From positions 40,970 through 104,969 of the forward strand of contig CAVSYO010000006.1 of NCBI GenBank assembly GCA_963732195.1: a stretch of 64,000 bases of DNA. Reading direction: 5' to 3'. Origin of the DNA: Terriglobia bacterium. Its GTDB lineage: Bacteria > Acidobacteriota > Terriglobia > Terriglobales > Acidobacteriaceae. Shown here in pieces: positions 26,801-35,503 of this stretch; within the stretch, counting starts at the first letter, position 1; the number at the start of each line of letters is the position of its first letter. The notes below the pieces were generated by a model. It saw nothing but the letters and a program-made list of their open reading frames with translations. It did not search any database and was not told where the DNA came from. Made by a program: the position numbers and the translations under genes.

Positions 26801-28294
26801 TTATCCGTTGGCAACGTTGGCAATTACGCCAAGCGAGAACGGTGCGCGGCAGACGAGGACTTCGTCGGCATAGACGCCATAGACATACTGGCGAGAGACC
26901 ACGGGCCACTCGATCTGGTAGTAATCGCGGCGGCAGCGGACGAAGGAAACGTTGTCCACGCCGGAAAGCGGGTAAGGAATCTCCGAGCTGTTGAAGAAGA
27001 TCGTCCCCGGCGCCAAGTTAGGATGGATGCGGATATCCAGGAATTGCTGCGTGAACTTGTTCCAGTACTTGGCAATACTGGCGCCGCCCAGCAGAGCCGG
27101 CCTGTCGTCTTCCGATCCCGTGCCGCCCGGCAGGGTGAAGCGGAACAGTGGCACGCCGCCGGAAGCAACAATCTTCTTGTTGATGTTGCGCGCCTCCTGC
27201 GAGTTCACCCAGATTTCCGTGGGGCTGAGACGCTTGTTGTCCCAGAACCACTGCAAGGCCGTGTCAATTTCCAGGATGCCGTTAGCCTGGTCAGCGCTGA
27301 GAGTGTTGCCATCGAGCGAGGCAAAGTAGCCGGCATTGGATTTCAAGGCTTGCGTGAGAAAGCCATCGAAAACCAGAGCGTTGGCTGATCCATCTGTGCT
27401 GGAATTCGCGGCATTGGCCAACTGCGTGCCCGCAACCGGTGCGCTGATGGTGACCTTGTTCACGGTTGTGATGGTGTTCAGCGTCGCAGTTGCCGCGCTG
27501 GTGCCGATGTACCACGCGTATCCGGCCGCACCTTTCACGGCAGGCACAGTGGCAACAACAGTCTGCTGACCAGCAGTGGTCACGGCGGCAGAAGACGCAG
27601 CGCTGATGGCGCTGGCACCTGCGCCATACTGTGTTGAAGTACCGTCAATATTGACGCGCGTGACTTGGCCGTAAGGCACGCCGCTGATGGAGACAGTGGC
27701 ATTGGCAAGCGCTCGCGCAGTGAGGGCCGTCACGAAAACGAGGAGGCTGAGTCCTGAGCCAAGTGTGCCGCCGTTGGCCAGAGCAACGGTCGGCGCTGGA
27801 GGCGTTCCCAACGGCATAGAAGCATTGCCATTGAGAATGACGTTCTCTTCGCCAATCATGACTGCGCGCAGCAATGACTGAACGAGAGTCGCTTTGTTAT
27901 CGAACTCTTTGCCGCCCGACCAGACAGCTTCCCAATCGATGGAAGCTTCCAGTCCGAGGCCGGCATAGGACGCAACGTAGTCCTGCTCAGTGACGCTCAT
28001 TTCCGCCGAGCGACGGCCCGGAGCAACGCCAAGTTCGAAACCAGATGTGTTGACGCCGGTGATCGCCTTCCAGCGCGTGGCCAGATCGCCACGGTCGCTG
28101 AGCTGTCGAGGAAGGCGGTTGCGCAGCGGCGTGATGACCGGATAAAGCTGAAGCGCCGGCCCGCGCAGATCAAACGCGTTCAAATTGCCAGCCACGCCGC
28201 TGATAGTGGCCTGGCTGATGGTGGTTTTGTTCAAGGAGGAGAGGTCCGCCTTGTTGAGCAGATCAAACGTCTGCTGACTGAGATCGCCAAACAT
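26801..28294 (-). CDS. Major capsid protein (HK97-fold type, with a large Ala/Thr-rich insertion)
   Basis: 497 aa. It follows the protease and scaffold-like genes and precedes the connector genes, with a strong hairpin after it. The family is not firmly identified. Confidence 0.8.
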   Translation of the reverse strand: MFGDLSQQTFDLLNKADLSSLNKTTISQATISGVAGNLNAFDLRGPALQLYPVITPLRNRLPRQLSDRGDLATRWKAITGVNTSGFELGVAPGRRSAEMSVTEQDYVASYAGLGLEASIDWEAVWSGGKEFDNKATLVQSLLRAVMIGEENVILNGNASMPLGTPPAPTVALANGGTLGSGLSLLVFVTALTARALANATVSISGVPYGQVTRVNIDGTSTQYGAGASAISAASSAAVTTAGQQTVVATVPAVKGAAGYAWYIGTSAATATLNTITTVNKVTISAPVAGTQLANAANSSTDGSANALVFDGFLTQALKSNAGYFASLDGNTLSADQANGILEIDTALQWFWDNKRLSPTEIWVNSQEARNINKKIVASGGVPLFRFTLPGGTGSEDDRPALLGGASIAKYWNKFTQQFLDIRIHPNLAPGTIFFNSSEIPYPLSGVDNVSFVRCRRDYYQIEWPVVSRQYVYGVYADEVLVCRAPFSLGVIANVANG

Positions 28295-28373
28295 TTTTCT
28301 AGTCCTTTTCTCCGCTGGAGCATTGCGGTTTTGAATTGAAATGAAGTTGCGGAAGAGTTCGCCGATGTGCGCT

Positions 28374-28784
28374 CTAGCGCAGGTAGACAGAAGCCGGCTG
28401 GGGTTTCTGCAGCGTCTTCTTCAGTAGTTCATGGACGCTGGGCTCGACGGCAGACTTAGCCAGCGCGGGACGCGCGTCATCTTCTTTGGTTACGGTGTGC
28501 GTTGGCACGCCGGTGCGCGCCACACGCGCTGAGGATTCCTGCGGCGAGACGAGTTTTTCCACCAGTGAAAGGAGATTGCTCAGCGAACGCTGGATCTCCT
28601 GGTTATTGCTCTCCATTTCGCTGCGCAAGCCGGCCACTTCCTGCTCCATTTCAGCCAGCTTAGCGAGCGCAGATGCGGAGCTGGCCCGTGCCTTTTCCAA
28701 TTGCGCTTTGTCATTTGCTTCCAGCATTGTGCTTTGATCTCCTGTCTTTACTCCGGAGCGTGAATCGCCCGGGATCTTTTTCAT
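28374..28784 (-). CDS. Scaffold-like coiled-coil protein
   Basis: ATG 28784 is adjacent to the protease stop. It has helical charged sequence (LEKARASSASALAKLAEMEQEVAGLRSEME). The call rests on position. Confidence 0.5.
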   Translation of the reverse strand: MKKIPGDSRSGVKTGDQSTMLEANDKAQLEKARASSASALAKLAEMEQEVAGLRSEMESNNQEIQRSLSNLLSLVEKLVSPQESSARVARTGVPTHTVTKEDDARPALAKSAVEPSVHELLKKTLQKPQPASVYLR

Positions 28785-28785
28785 G

Positions 28786-29463
28786 TCAGCCGAAACTGAC
28801 CGTTGCGGCAGCGGCGTCGTCAGTATCAAGAAGCGTGTCCATGTGCGTAGCAGCTTCTTCATGGTTTTCAGCCATCTTGTCCATGCAAACCTTGATTGCA
28901 CCGAGATGTGCCAGAGTGGACTTAGAATGGCGCGCGCCGATCTTGAGAGCTTGATCCGTTCCGCCAGCGCGAGTAAATTTGCGGACTTCGCAAGTGCCGT
29001 CGGCCTTGACCGCGGTGAAGTGCGCGCCGGGAACGCAAGGGTTATCGACTACGCTGATTTCCACGGGGTTGGCAGTGAAGCGAACGTACTCGCCGTCTTT
29101 CCAGGCCTTCTCGTACTTGCCGCCGATGGAAAAGCCGGTGTAAACACCGAGCATGCATTTCTGCCAGGCGACGCTGTCAACGATGCGAGCGCCGACGCGA
29201 ATCTGTTTCAGGTCGTCATCAAAAGCGATGGCGACGAGCTTGCCCACGGCGCTGGGCTCGTGCATCTCACGAACGTTGCCCAGACTCTTGCCGTCAGTGG
29301 CTTTGGAGATTTCGTCACTCCAGCACTTGAAATAAGGCTTGGAGGATTCGTAGTCGAAGATCTCGCCTTCTTTGTCGACGATCTCAGCAGTGGCAACGCC
29401 CCAGACTTCGTGTTTTGACTCGTCGATCTTGGCAATCTGGGCGAAGAGGTTCATGGATTTCAT
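28786..29463 (-). CDS. Prohead serine protease (HK97/S78 family)
   Basis: ATG 29463 gives MKSMNLFAQIAKIDESKHEVWGVATAEIVDKEGEIFDY..REMHEPSAVGK..DDDLKQIRVGARIVD..GVYTGFSIGG. Confidence 0.8.
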   Translation of the reverse strand: MKSMNLFAQIAKIDESKHEVWGVATAEIVDKEGEIFDYESSKPYFKCWSDEISKATDGKSLGNVREMHEPSAVGKLVAIAFDDDLKQIRVGARIVDSVAWQKCMLGVYTGFSIGGKYEKAWKDGEYVRFTANPVEISVVDNPCVPGAHFTAVKADGTCEVRKFTRAGGTDQALKIGARHSKSTLAHLGAIKVCMDKMAENHEEAATHMDTLLDTDDAAAATVSFG

Positions 29464-29662
29464 GTTGGCTCCAAAAGAAAAGGCAGCCGCTGGCTGCCTT
29501 GGTGGTGGTGCTGGAAACGACAATGTTTCGTAAGAACTCCCCTACGCGCTCTGGTTACGATAAGTATCCTCGGGGTCCTTCGACTCTACCTCACGCCTAA
29601 CGGCGCTCGGTGCCGGTCAGGATGACGGTTGTTGAGCGTTGGGCATCCGTTGAGATTCGACG

Positions 29663-31084
29663 TCAGGTTGAACTTTTTCTGGCGATCCAGAATTTTGCGG
29701 CGAACCATTGTTCTGAAGAGCGAAAACACCCGTAGTCGTGATGACGGCATTGCTTGACGCCGATGGGGTGTTTGCCCAGGCTTTCGCGGACTTCGTCGAT
29801 GGAGAGGACGCCGGCGCGAACGTAAATGTCATCAATCTTTGCCTGCTCCAGCGCGTTCAGAGTGCGGTCCTGCTCCCAGACAAATTCGATGTCACTGAAG
29901 CCGAAGTGGCGAGTGACAATGAAATTGATGGTGTCAGCCAGGTAGCCGAGGATCGGCACAAGGCCTTCCGCGGCGGCTTGCTCCACGCTGGTCTCTGCGG
30001 TGGCGCGGTTCATCACGCTGACAAACTGCTGCGGCGAGAGACCGAAGGCATAACAGACGATGCGGGTGATCCATTCGTCCAGCGCATCTTTCAACATAGG
30101 ATCGCGCGTGAACTGGAGATTGCCGCATTCGGGAACAAAAGTGATGCGACGGCGACGGGCAGAGTTTCCGGCCAAGGCACTGTCAAACCATTCCTGGAAT
30201 TCGCTGATCTGGTCAGACGACCACTCTTTGGGAACCTGCGCCAGGGCTTCCGGGACGTTGCCTTCAGTGTAGTAATTCAGCAGGTGAATCTGGCGGCGCA
30301 AGCCGATGTTAATGGTGAGAATGATCTGCTCAACCGGCGAGAAACCAAAAAACTTGTGCGCGCGCACGTTGCGCGGGCGATAGATGAGCTGGTCGGCAGT
30401 GAAGTCTACGGCCGGCAAACCTTTGAGGATCTGCTGATAGGCGATTGCCGGCGATGCAGGTGTGCGTCCCATGGCGTCAATCTTGCGCGCGATGGTGGAG
30501 CCGTCAATGACTTCCAACGCATACAGCGCCTTGCCGGGAGACCACAACTCACCATCCTGCGAGACGATGGGCACGAGAACCGGTGCGTCGAGGACAAGCA
30601 AATCTTCAAGCAGAAGCCGAACCCATTGCTGCCAGCTGTGTTCGCGATCTGGGTAAGAAAAGAAATTTGTGAGCTGCGTGAGCCGTGGATCGCGCTCTTC
30701 ATCGTCATTGCCGCTGATGGCGTTGTTGCTGGTGTTGGCGGAGCGCTTTGGCCCGCCAGCCTGGGTCTTGAGACGAAACGCCCAGGGCATGCGGCTGACC
30801 TGGTCTTTGCGCGTCTCAATGCAGAGACGAACAAGATCATACGAATCAGCCAGAGAACGCATCTGCTCAAAAGAGATGGGCTCCATGTTGCGCGGCTGAA
30901 TGTTGATGTTGTAGCCGACTGGGTAATCGAGCGTCCGCGGTGGAGTGCCGGCTGGCGCGCTGGGCGCCATGGGAAGATCGGGCCCAAACCAGACGTCGAG
31001 CGTATTGCGCAGCTTGCGGCCGACGCGCTCTACGAAGCCGGTTTCGAGGGCTGTAAGTTTTCCGCCATTGAGTATTTCAGGCAT
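29663..31084 (-). CDS. Portal protein
   Basis: 473 aa. The call rests on size and position upstream of the protease, and on portal-like regions such as SFEQMRSLADSYDLVRLCIETRKDQVSRMPW. Confidence 0.85.
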   Translation of the reverse strand: MPEILNGGKLTALETGFVERVGRKLRNTLDVWFGPDLPMAPSAPAGTPPRTLDYPVGYNINIQPRNMEPISFEQMRSLADSYDLVRLCIETRKDQVSRMPWAFRLKTQAGGPKRSANTSNNAISGNDDEERDPRLTQLTNFFSYPDREHSWQQWVRLLLEDLLVLDAPVLVPIVSQDGELWSPGKALYALEVIDGSTIARKIDAMGRTPASPAIAYQQILKGLPAVDFTADQLIYRPRNVRAHKFFGFSPVEQIILTINIGLRRQIHLLNYYTEGNVPEALAQVPKEWSSDQISEFQEWFDSALAGNSARRRRITFVPECGNLQFTRDPMLKDALDEWITRIVCYAFGLSPQQFVSVMNRATAETSVEQAAAEGLVPILGYLADTINFIVTRHFGFSDIEFVWEQDRTLNALEQAKIDDIYVRAGVLSIDEVRESLGKHPIGVKQCRHHDYGCFRSSEQWFAAKFWIARKSST

Positions 31085-31086
31085 AG

Positions 31087-31254
31087 TCAGGCAATCCCCA
31101 CTTTCACGCCCATCACGGCGGAAGTTTCAATGATGAATTCAATCAGAGAGTTTTTGCGGTACGCGGACTTCATGTGCTCATCCTGAATGCGCAGGCCTTC
31201 ATGCCAGCGGCACTGGCCTGCGTCATCGATGATGTATTCGCCTATCCATTTCAT
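31087..31254 (-). CDS. Small hypothetical protein directly upstream of portal
   Basis: ATG 31254 gives MKWIGEYIIDDAGQCRWHEGL... It ends 3 nt before the portal ATG. The GGAG lies in the repeat unit upstream. Confidence 0.4.
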   Translation of the reverse strand: MKWIGEYIIDDAGQCRWHEGLRIQDEHMKSAYRKNSLIEFIIETSAVMGVKVGIA

Positions 31255-31265
31255 AATGTCGCTTC

Positions 31266-31492
31266 GCTCCAAACCGCTTCTGCAGTGTCGATCTTGTGAA
31301 CCGTGTTATGCCTTGGCGCTGGCGGCTCGGCGATTCGAGCCTCGCCGCCCTTGTGTTTTCCTGTCGCTTCGCTCCAAGCCGCTTCTGCTGTATTCAGAAA
31401 TTAAGAGCCATCAACGCCTGGGGCGGGCAGCTCGGCGCGTGGTGGCCTCGCTGCTCTATTTCCCACCCCTTGCTCCAACCGCTTCTGTAGCG
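31266..31492. repeat. Three tandem ~101-105-bp degenerate units sharing a 22-bp core (GCTCCAAnCCGCTTCTGnnG)
   Basis: The cores are at 31266-31287, 31371-31392 and 31472-31492. Units 1 and 2 also share a GC-rich hairpin segment. Confidence 0.8.
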
Positions 31493-31532
31493 TTGAAAAC
31501 CGCTTTCGCGGAATTGAGAGATTGAATGTGTA

Positions 31533-32072
31533 TTAGTAGCCGACGATCACGCGGTCAGTGCAGGTGCCGGCGGTGGCGACGTCATTTTTCTCAAAGAAAG
31601 AGACAGCGAGTTGCGGCAGACGAACGGGCGCCCCCAGCGTTCCACTGGTGACTGTGGGAGCAAGCTCAGTGGCCAGATATGCCTGCTGCGCGCCAGACGC
31701 CATGTTGGTCGCGATGACATAACTGTTATAGAAAGTGAAATTCGGGCTCGACTGACCCTGATCGTCCGCGGTGTAAACACTCATGACCAGATCAAAGTTC
31801 TGGGTGCAAGAGGCGAAGACCGTCATCTTGGTGGCATCGCCAACGCGGATGATGCTGGTGTTGGGAGTAGCGCCTCCAATGGAAGCCGGGAGAGCTACGC
31901 CGCTGTGCGCCAGATCCGTGGGAGAGTAAACCAGGTGAGGCATGGGGCGCGGCAGCACGGGCTTGCCGTTTTTATCCAGCTCAGGGAACTGGCTGGAAGT
32001 TTGCGAGAAGACGAACAGCGTGGTGATGCTCAGCAGTCCGAGGATGGCGACGTACAAAGTTCGTTTGTTCAC
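31533..32072 (-). CDS. Secreted hypothetical protein
   Basis: 179 aa with signal peptide MNKRTLYVAILGLLSITTLFVFSQ. Confidence 0.7.
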   Translation of the reverse strand: MNKRTLYVAILGLLSITTLFVFSQTSSQFPELDKNGKPVLPRPMPHLVYSPTDLAHSGVALPASIGGATPNTSIIRVGDATKMTVFASCTQNFDLVMSVYTADDQGQSSPNFTFYNSYVIATNMASGAQQAYLATELAPTVTSGTLGAPVRLPQLAVSFFEKNDVATAGTCTDRVIVGY

Positions 32073-32089
32073 GGTTATCTCCAGGTTTA

Positions 32090-32162
32090 TTTTCAGGGGC
32101 TAAAGCCCAGATCATTTGGGACGACTGATGGCACGAGTAAACCCGTGCCCTGACACTTGTGT
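32090..32162. repeat. REP/MITE-like element, family A (copy 1 of 2 in window)
   Basis: TTTTCAGGGGCTAAAGCCCA...GGCACG..CGTGCCCTGACACTTGT. The second copy is at 49617-49690. Confidence 0.8.
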
Positions 32163-32231
32163 CGTATGCAGACAGGGTTTCGTTAGGGATGCTTGTTGCG
32201 GCGCAAAACTATTCTGGCTCACGCCGTGCAG

Positions 32232-32440
32232 CAGCGGAGCCGATCCCTCACCACTCGGTCTCACCCAAGGCTCAACCTCGGAATTCGGGATGGCATGTCG
32301 AGAAAGGAAACGGTTACTGAGCTCGAAGTCTTATCCGGTACTCCGCGAGCGCCCTTACGGTCTTAGCAGAGGCTCGATCTCGGAGTTCGGGATGGGATGT
32401 CGAGAAGGAAACGGCGACTGACTTCCCGGTTATCCGATGC
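32232..32440 (-). repeat. Two tandem ~102-nt units, each containing a 5S-rRNA-like segment
   Basis: The 44-45-nt cores at 32269-32313 and 32371-32414 are about 85% identical. The minus strand of unit A reads ..GACATCCCATCCCGAACTCCGAGATCGAGCC.., and CCCATCCCGAAC is the conserved 5S loop C region. Confidence 0.5.
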
Positions 32441-32456
32441 GTTCAAAAGGTCTGTT

Positions 32457-32714
32457 TTATGGTCTCCCCAGAGATTCGATCTCAGCCGGTGTCACAGCCT
32501 CAAAAGGAGAGAATGCGGACGAACTGGAACGCAATGCAATACGGGAGCGCCTCTTCCTCTTCTTTAACATGGGAAAAGGATAGAGTGCGCAATAGCAGTC
32601 GACGCAGAGCGATCGCGAAAGCTCCGACACCGAACGCCGCTCGTCAGAGTTGAGGGGCGCGTTACATTCTTCACAGCGCGGCGGACCGACACGGCCGTTA
32701 TGATCGTGTGCCAT
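32457..32714 (-). CDS. TraR/DksA-type C4 zinc-finger protein
   Basis: PRCEECNAPLNSDERRSVSELSRSLCVDCY has CxxC..(17)..CxxC spacing typical of phage TraR-like proteins. Confidence 0.6.
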   Translation of the reverse strand: MAHDHNGRVGPPRCEECNAPLNSDERRSVSELSRSLCVDCYCALYPFPMLKKRKRRSRIALRSSSSAFSPFEAVTPAEIESLGRP

Positions 32715-32812
32715 GGAAACACCTCTGCGCCAGACGCAGACCGGCGCGGACAGCAGAAGCGGCCTGAGACGGCAGGTTGAATTGTTTTAGGTTGAGACAG
32801 CTGTGGAGGAAC

Positions 32813-32847
32813 GGTAATTGGTATTTGGTACTTAGTATTTGGTAATG
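32813..32847. repeat. Degenerate heptanucleotide repeat (GTAATTG GTATTTG GTACTTA GTATTTG GTAATG)
   Basis: Read directly. It belongs to the same unit family as 7627-7664. Confidence 0.75.
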
Positions 32848-32972
32848 CGCAGGTTTCTTGCCGTGTCTGCCCCTAATTTGCAGGCTTTCGGGTGCAAGAA
32901 CTAAATTTGCAGGTTCTGCGGGGAATTACTTTCTTTGAACTGTTTTGCAGGCTCTTTTTGACGGTTTTCGGG
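32848..32972. promoter_or_regulatory. Iteron- or operator-like array: four TGCAGG(Y)T(Y)T-containing direct repeats spaced ~30-37 bp
   Basis: AATTTGCAGGCTTTCGGG (32875), AATTTGCAGGTTCTGCGGG (32904), TTTTGCAGGCTCTTTTT (32943) and TGCGCAGGTTTCT (32847). They lie in a 620-bp divergent intergenic region. Confidence 0.4.
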
Positions 32973-33296
32973 AACCTATCATTCTGCGATGGAGTAAGAA
33001 CCCATGAAGGTCCTTTTGCTCTGCTCCCGATGTGTGCGCGCATTCCCGCCGAAACAGCCAAAGACGCCACATGCAAAAGCCCAGAATGAGGTTCCCGCAG
33101 CAGACGCAAACGATACGCCGGCCTTGGAAAGGTTGCAGGCCGTTGGATTAAGCCGGCGCCGCTCCCGGCTATGCAGAACCGACTTCCGTTCTGCATAGAC
33201 ATCTTATACGACAAATAGCATTTGGAAGTCAATAGGAAAAATCGCTTTTTCTCACATTTTTTCGAAATATCTGCTTATTATCGGACATGTCTAGCA

Positions 33297-33325
33297 TTGA
33301 CAATTATTTAGACATTGCTTAGACT
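33297..33325 (+). promoter_or_regulatory. Sigma70-like promoter candidate for the plus-strand cargo genes
   Basis: TTGACA (33297-33302), a 17-nt spacer, then TAGACT (33320-33325). The ATG is only 12 nt downstream, so the transcript would be nearly leaderless. TTAGAC occurs three times here. Confidence 0.3.
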
Positions 33326-33337
33326 TTAGACACACTT

Positions 33338-33743
33338 ATGGCGCGCGAAACTTACAAGCAGGCTTACGCGACAGCGAAGCACGATCTGCTGCAGCAGCTC
33401 CAAAAACGAGACGACCTGGACCAGAAGATCCGCAAACTCAAACAGACGGTCAAGGCCCTGGGCGAAATGTGCGGCGCCCCGCCGGAGGAGATCGACAAGC
33501 TGCTCCTGGTGGAGGGCTTTGCCATTGACGCCAAGCCGGGATTCACTGAATCCATTCGACGGCTGTTCCGCATACACCAAACGGCACTAGGTCCAGTCGA
33601 TATCCGTGAGGACCTGGTGAAGATGGGAATTGGCGTGGGCCAGGTAAATCTGCTTGTCGTCAATTCACACGGTTTTGCGCCGAATGGCGGAAGCCGGCGA
33701 AATTGAAAGAACTGAGGATGGCAAGTTTCGGCTGCCAAATTAA
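33338..33743 (+). CDS. Hypothetical coiled-coil plus winged-helix-like protein (one apparent frameshift)
   Basis: The tracked ORF 33338-33706 ends in junk. The +1 frame from about 33655 reads SSIHTVLRRMAEAGEIERTEDGKFRLPN, a wHTH-like C-terminus, with the stop at 33743. Confidence 0.5.
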
Positions 33744-33896
33744 AGTATTTGTTCCATTCCAAAAAAATGTTTGAATTGGATCGATGAAACGATTCGTCCC
33801 GTTTCTGTAACGATTCGACCGCTTGCGTCACTAAACTACCAGGTGTGGTGTTTTACACGGACACCCCGAACATTGACATGAAAGTGAGATGCCTGC

Positions 33897-35142
33897 ATGC
33901 CGCAAGGATTGGACAACCTGAAACATATTGTTGTGCTGATGATGGAAAATCGCTCCTTCGACCACATGCTGGGCGGACTGAAGAAGAAATTTCCTAAGAT
34001 CAACGGACTGACAGGAAATGAGTCGAACCCAGACAGCGCGGGGAATATGGTGCAGGTGTCGGCGACCGCGGACTATCGCGGGCAGCTGAGCCATGATCCG
34101 GACCATCACTTTCCCGGGCGCGGATGTGCAGATTTATGGCGGCGTGCCGTTCTCGCCTGGGCGCGTAGCCAACATGCAGGGCTTTGTGAAAAGCTATGGG
34201 ACGCAAGGCCCGAATGTGCAGGATTCGCATGCGATCATGAAATATTTTTCGCCCGAGCGAATTCCGGTTTTAACCACGCTGGCGACTGAGTACGCGGTAT
34301 TCAACGGTTGGTTCTCGTCAATTCCAGGGCCGACCATCTGCAATCGAGCCTTTGCGCACTACGGCACGTCCTTCGGCAACGTGGACATGAACATGTTCCT
34401 AGTCAGCGACGCCGACCGCGCGAAAATCCCGACGATTTATGAGCGGCTGGCGGCTGGCGGGCACAGCGCCAAGCTTTATTACTATGATCTGCCGAGTTCC
34501 ACGATGGAGATCGTAAACCTGATCAAGGACCAGAGCTTCTTCGGCGTGTTCAGCGATTTTGTCGCCGATTGCAAATCCGGGAAGCTGCCAGAGTACAGCT
34601 TCATTGAGCCGAACTACACAGACCATCCAGGGCCAGGCGGCGGACAGTTGCTTGCCACGGACCAGCATCCGGATCATCATGTGCTCGCGGGCGATAATTT
34701 CATAGGGAAAGTTTACGACTGCATCCGCATCAATGCTGATCTGTGGAAGAGCACGGCGCTGCTGATTGTCTACGACGAGCACGGCGGGCTCTACGATCAC
34801 GTGGTCCCGCCAAACTGCACTCCGGACGGCTTTGAAGCGCCGGAAGCGGCGACCGGAGTTCCCGGGCTCACGTTCAAGTTCGACCGATTGGGGATTCGCG
34901 TACCGGCGATCCTGGTCTCGCCTTACATTCCGCGAGGCACGGTGGTGCCAGGAACGGAAGGTCCGAACCCCAGGATTTTCGAGCATGCGTCGATACCGGC
35001 GACGGTGAGCAAGCATTTCCTCGGCGGCCAGGACCACGGAACGGTGCGCGAGCAGAACGCGGAAACTTTTCTTGATCTGCTGGGCAACAACCTGCGTCCG
35101 GACAACGACTGCGTGTTTTTCCCTAAGGCAATGAAAGGCTGA
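33897..35142 (+). CDS. Phosphoesterase-family protein (phospholipase C / AcpA type), one apparent frameshift
   Basis: NLKHIVVLMMENRSFDHMLG in ORF 33897-34289 continues in ORF 34093-35142 (..LIVYDEHGGLYDHV..). The junction is at the CCCGGG run near 34115. I see no signal peptide. Confidence 0.8.
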
Positions 35143-35145
35143 GCT

Positions 35146-35493
35146 ATGGCGATCAAAGATGCTCCTACTGTTGACATCATTGAGTTTGACGAAAAAGAGG
35201 CTTACAACCACGACCGGCCGATTTCCAGCTTGGTCCGCACGCAGCTGCTGCATCTGCATCATGCGGAGCACCTGGTGATCCCACCCAAAGAGCGGACCAA
35301 CATCAACATCAACACGCTGCACACCGAGTACGAAGCCACCAAGTACATAGAAAAGGTGACCGCCCTGTTGCACAAGCATGGGAAAAAAGCTGCCAAAAAG
35401 CCGAAACCGGCTAAGAAGGCCTCTGCCAAGAGGACTGCCAGCAGATCCAAAAAGACGAAGTCAGCTGCAAAGAAGCGTACGTCACGCAAGTAA
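35146..35493 (+). CDS. Hypothetical protein with Lys/Ala-rich histone-H1-like tail
   Basis: It starts 3 nt after the phosphoesterase stop. The C-terminus reads KKAAKKPKPAKKASAKRTASRSKKTKSAAKKRTSRK. Confidence 0.6.
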   Translation: MAIKDAPTVDIIEFDEKEAYNHDRPISSLVRTQLLHLHHAEHLVIPPKERTNININTLHTEYEATKYIEKVTALLHKHGKKAAKKPKPAKKASAKRTASRSKKTKSAAKKRTSRK

Positions 35494-35503
35494 GGAGAAG
35501 TCA

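Noticed and set aside
14390-31084. Gene transfer agent rather than prophage
   Set aside because: The g12-g15-like tail genes suggest a GTA. However, the element has an integrase, att repeats, a full-size terL, a lysis cassette and a ~36-kb size consistent with self-packaging.
29738-31186. 482-aa + strand ORF
   Set aside because: It is antisense to the portal gene, has Arg/Gly/Ala-biased composition typical of GC-rich shadow ORFs, and has no RBS.
31266-32440. CRISPR array
   Set aside because: There are only 2-3 units of ~100 bp, the repeated cores are degenerate, the segments between them are partly homologous to each other, and there are no cas genes.
32232-32440. Functional 5S rRNA gene(s)
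   Set aside because: Only the loop C/helix III segment is 5S-like. I could not draw a convincing helix I pairing or loop E segment, and there is no adjacent 23S. I report it as 5S-like only.
34399-35379. 326-aa minus-strand ORF
   Set aside because: It is antisense to the phosphoesterase gene, whose motifs are unambiguous.
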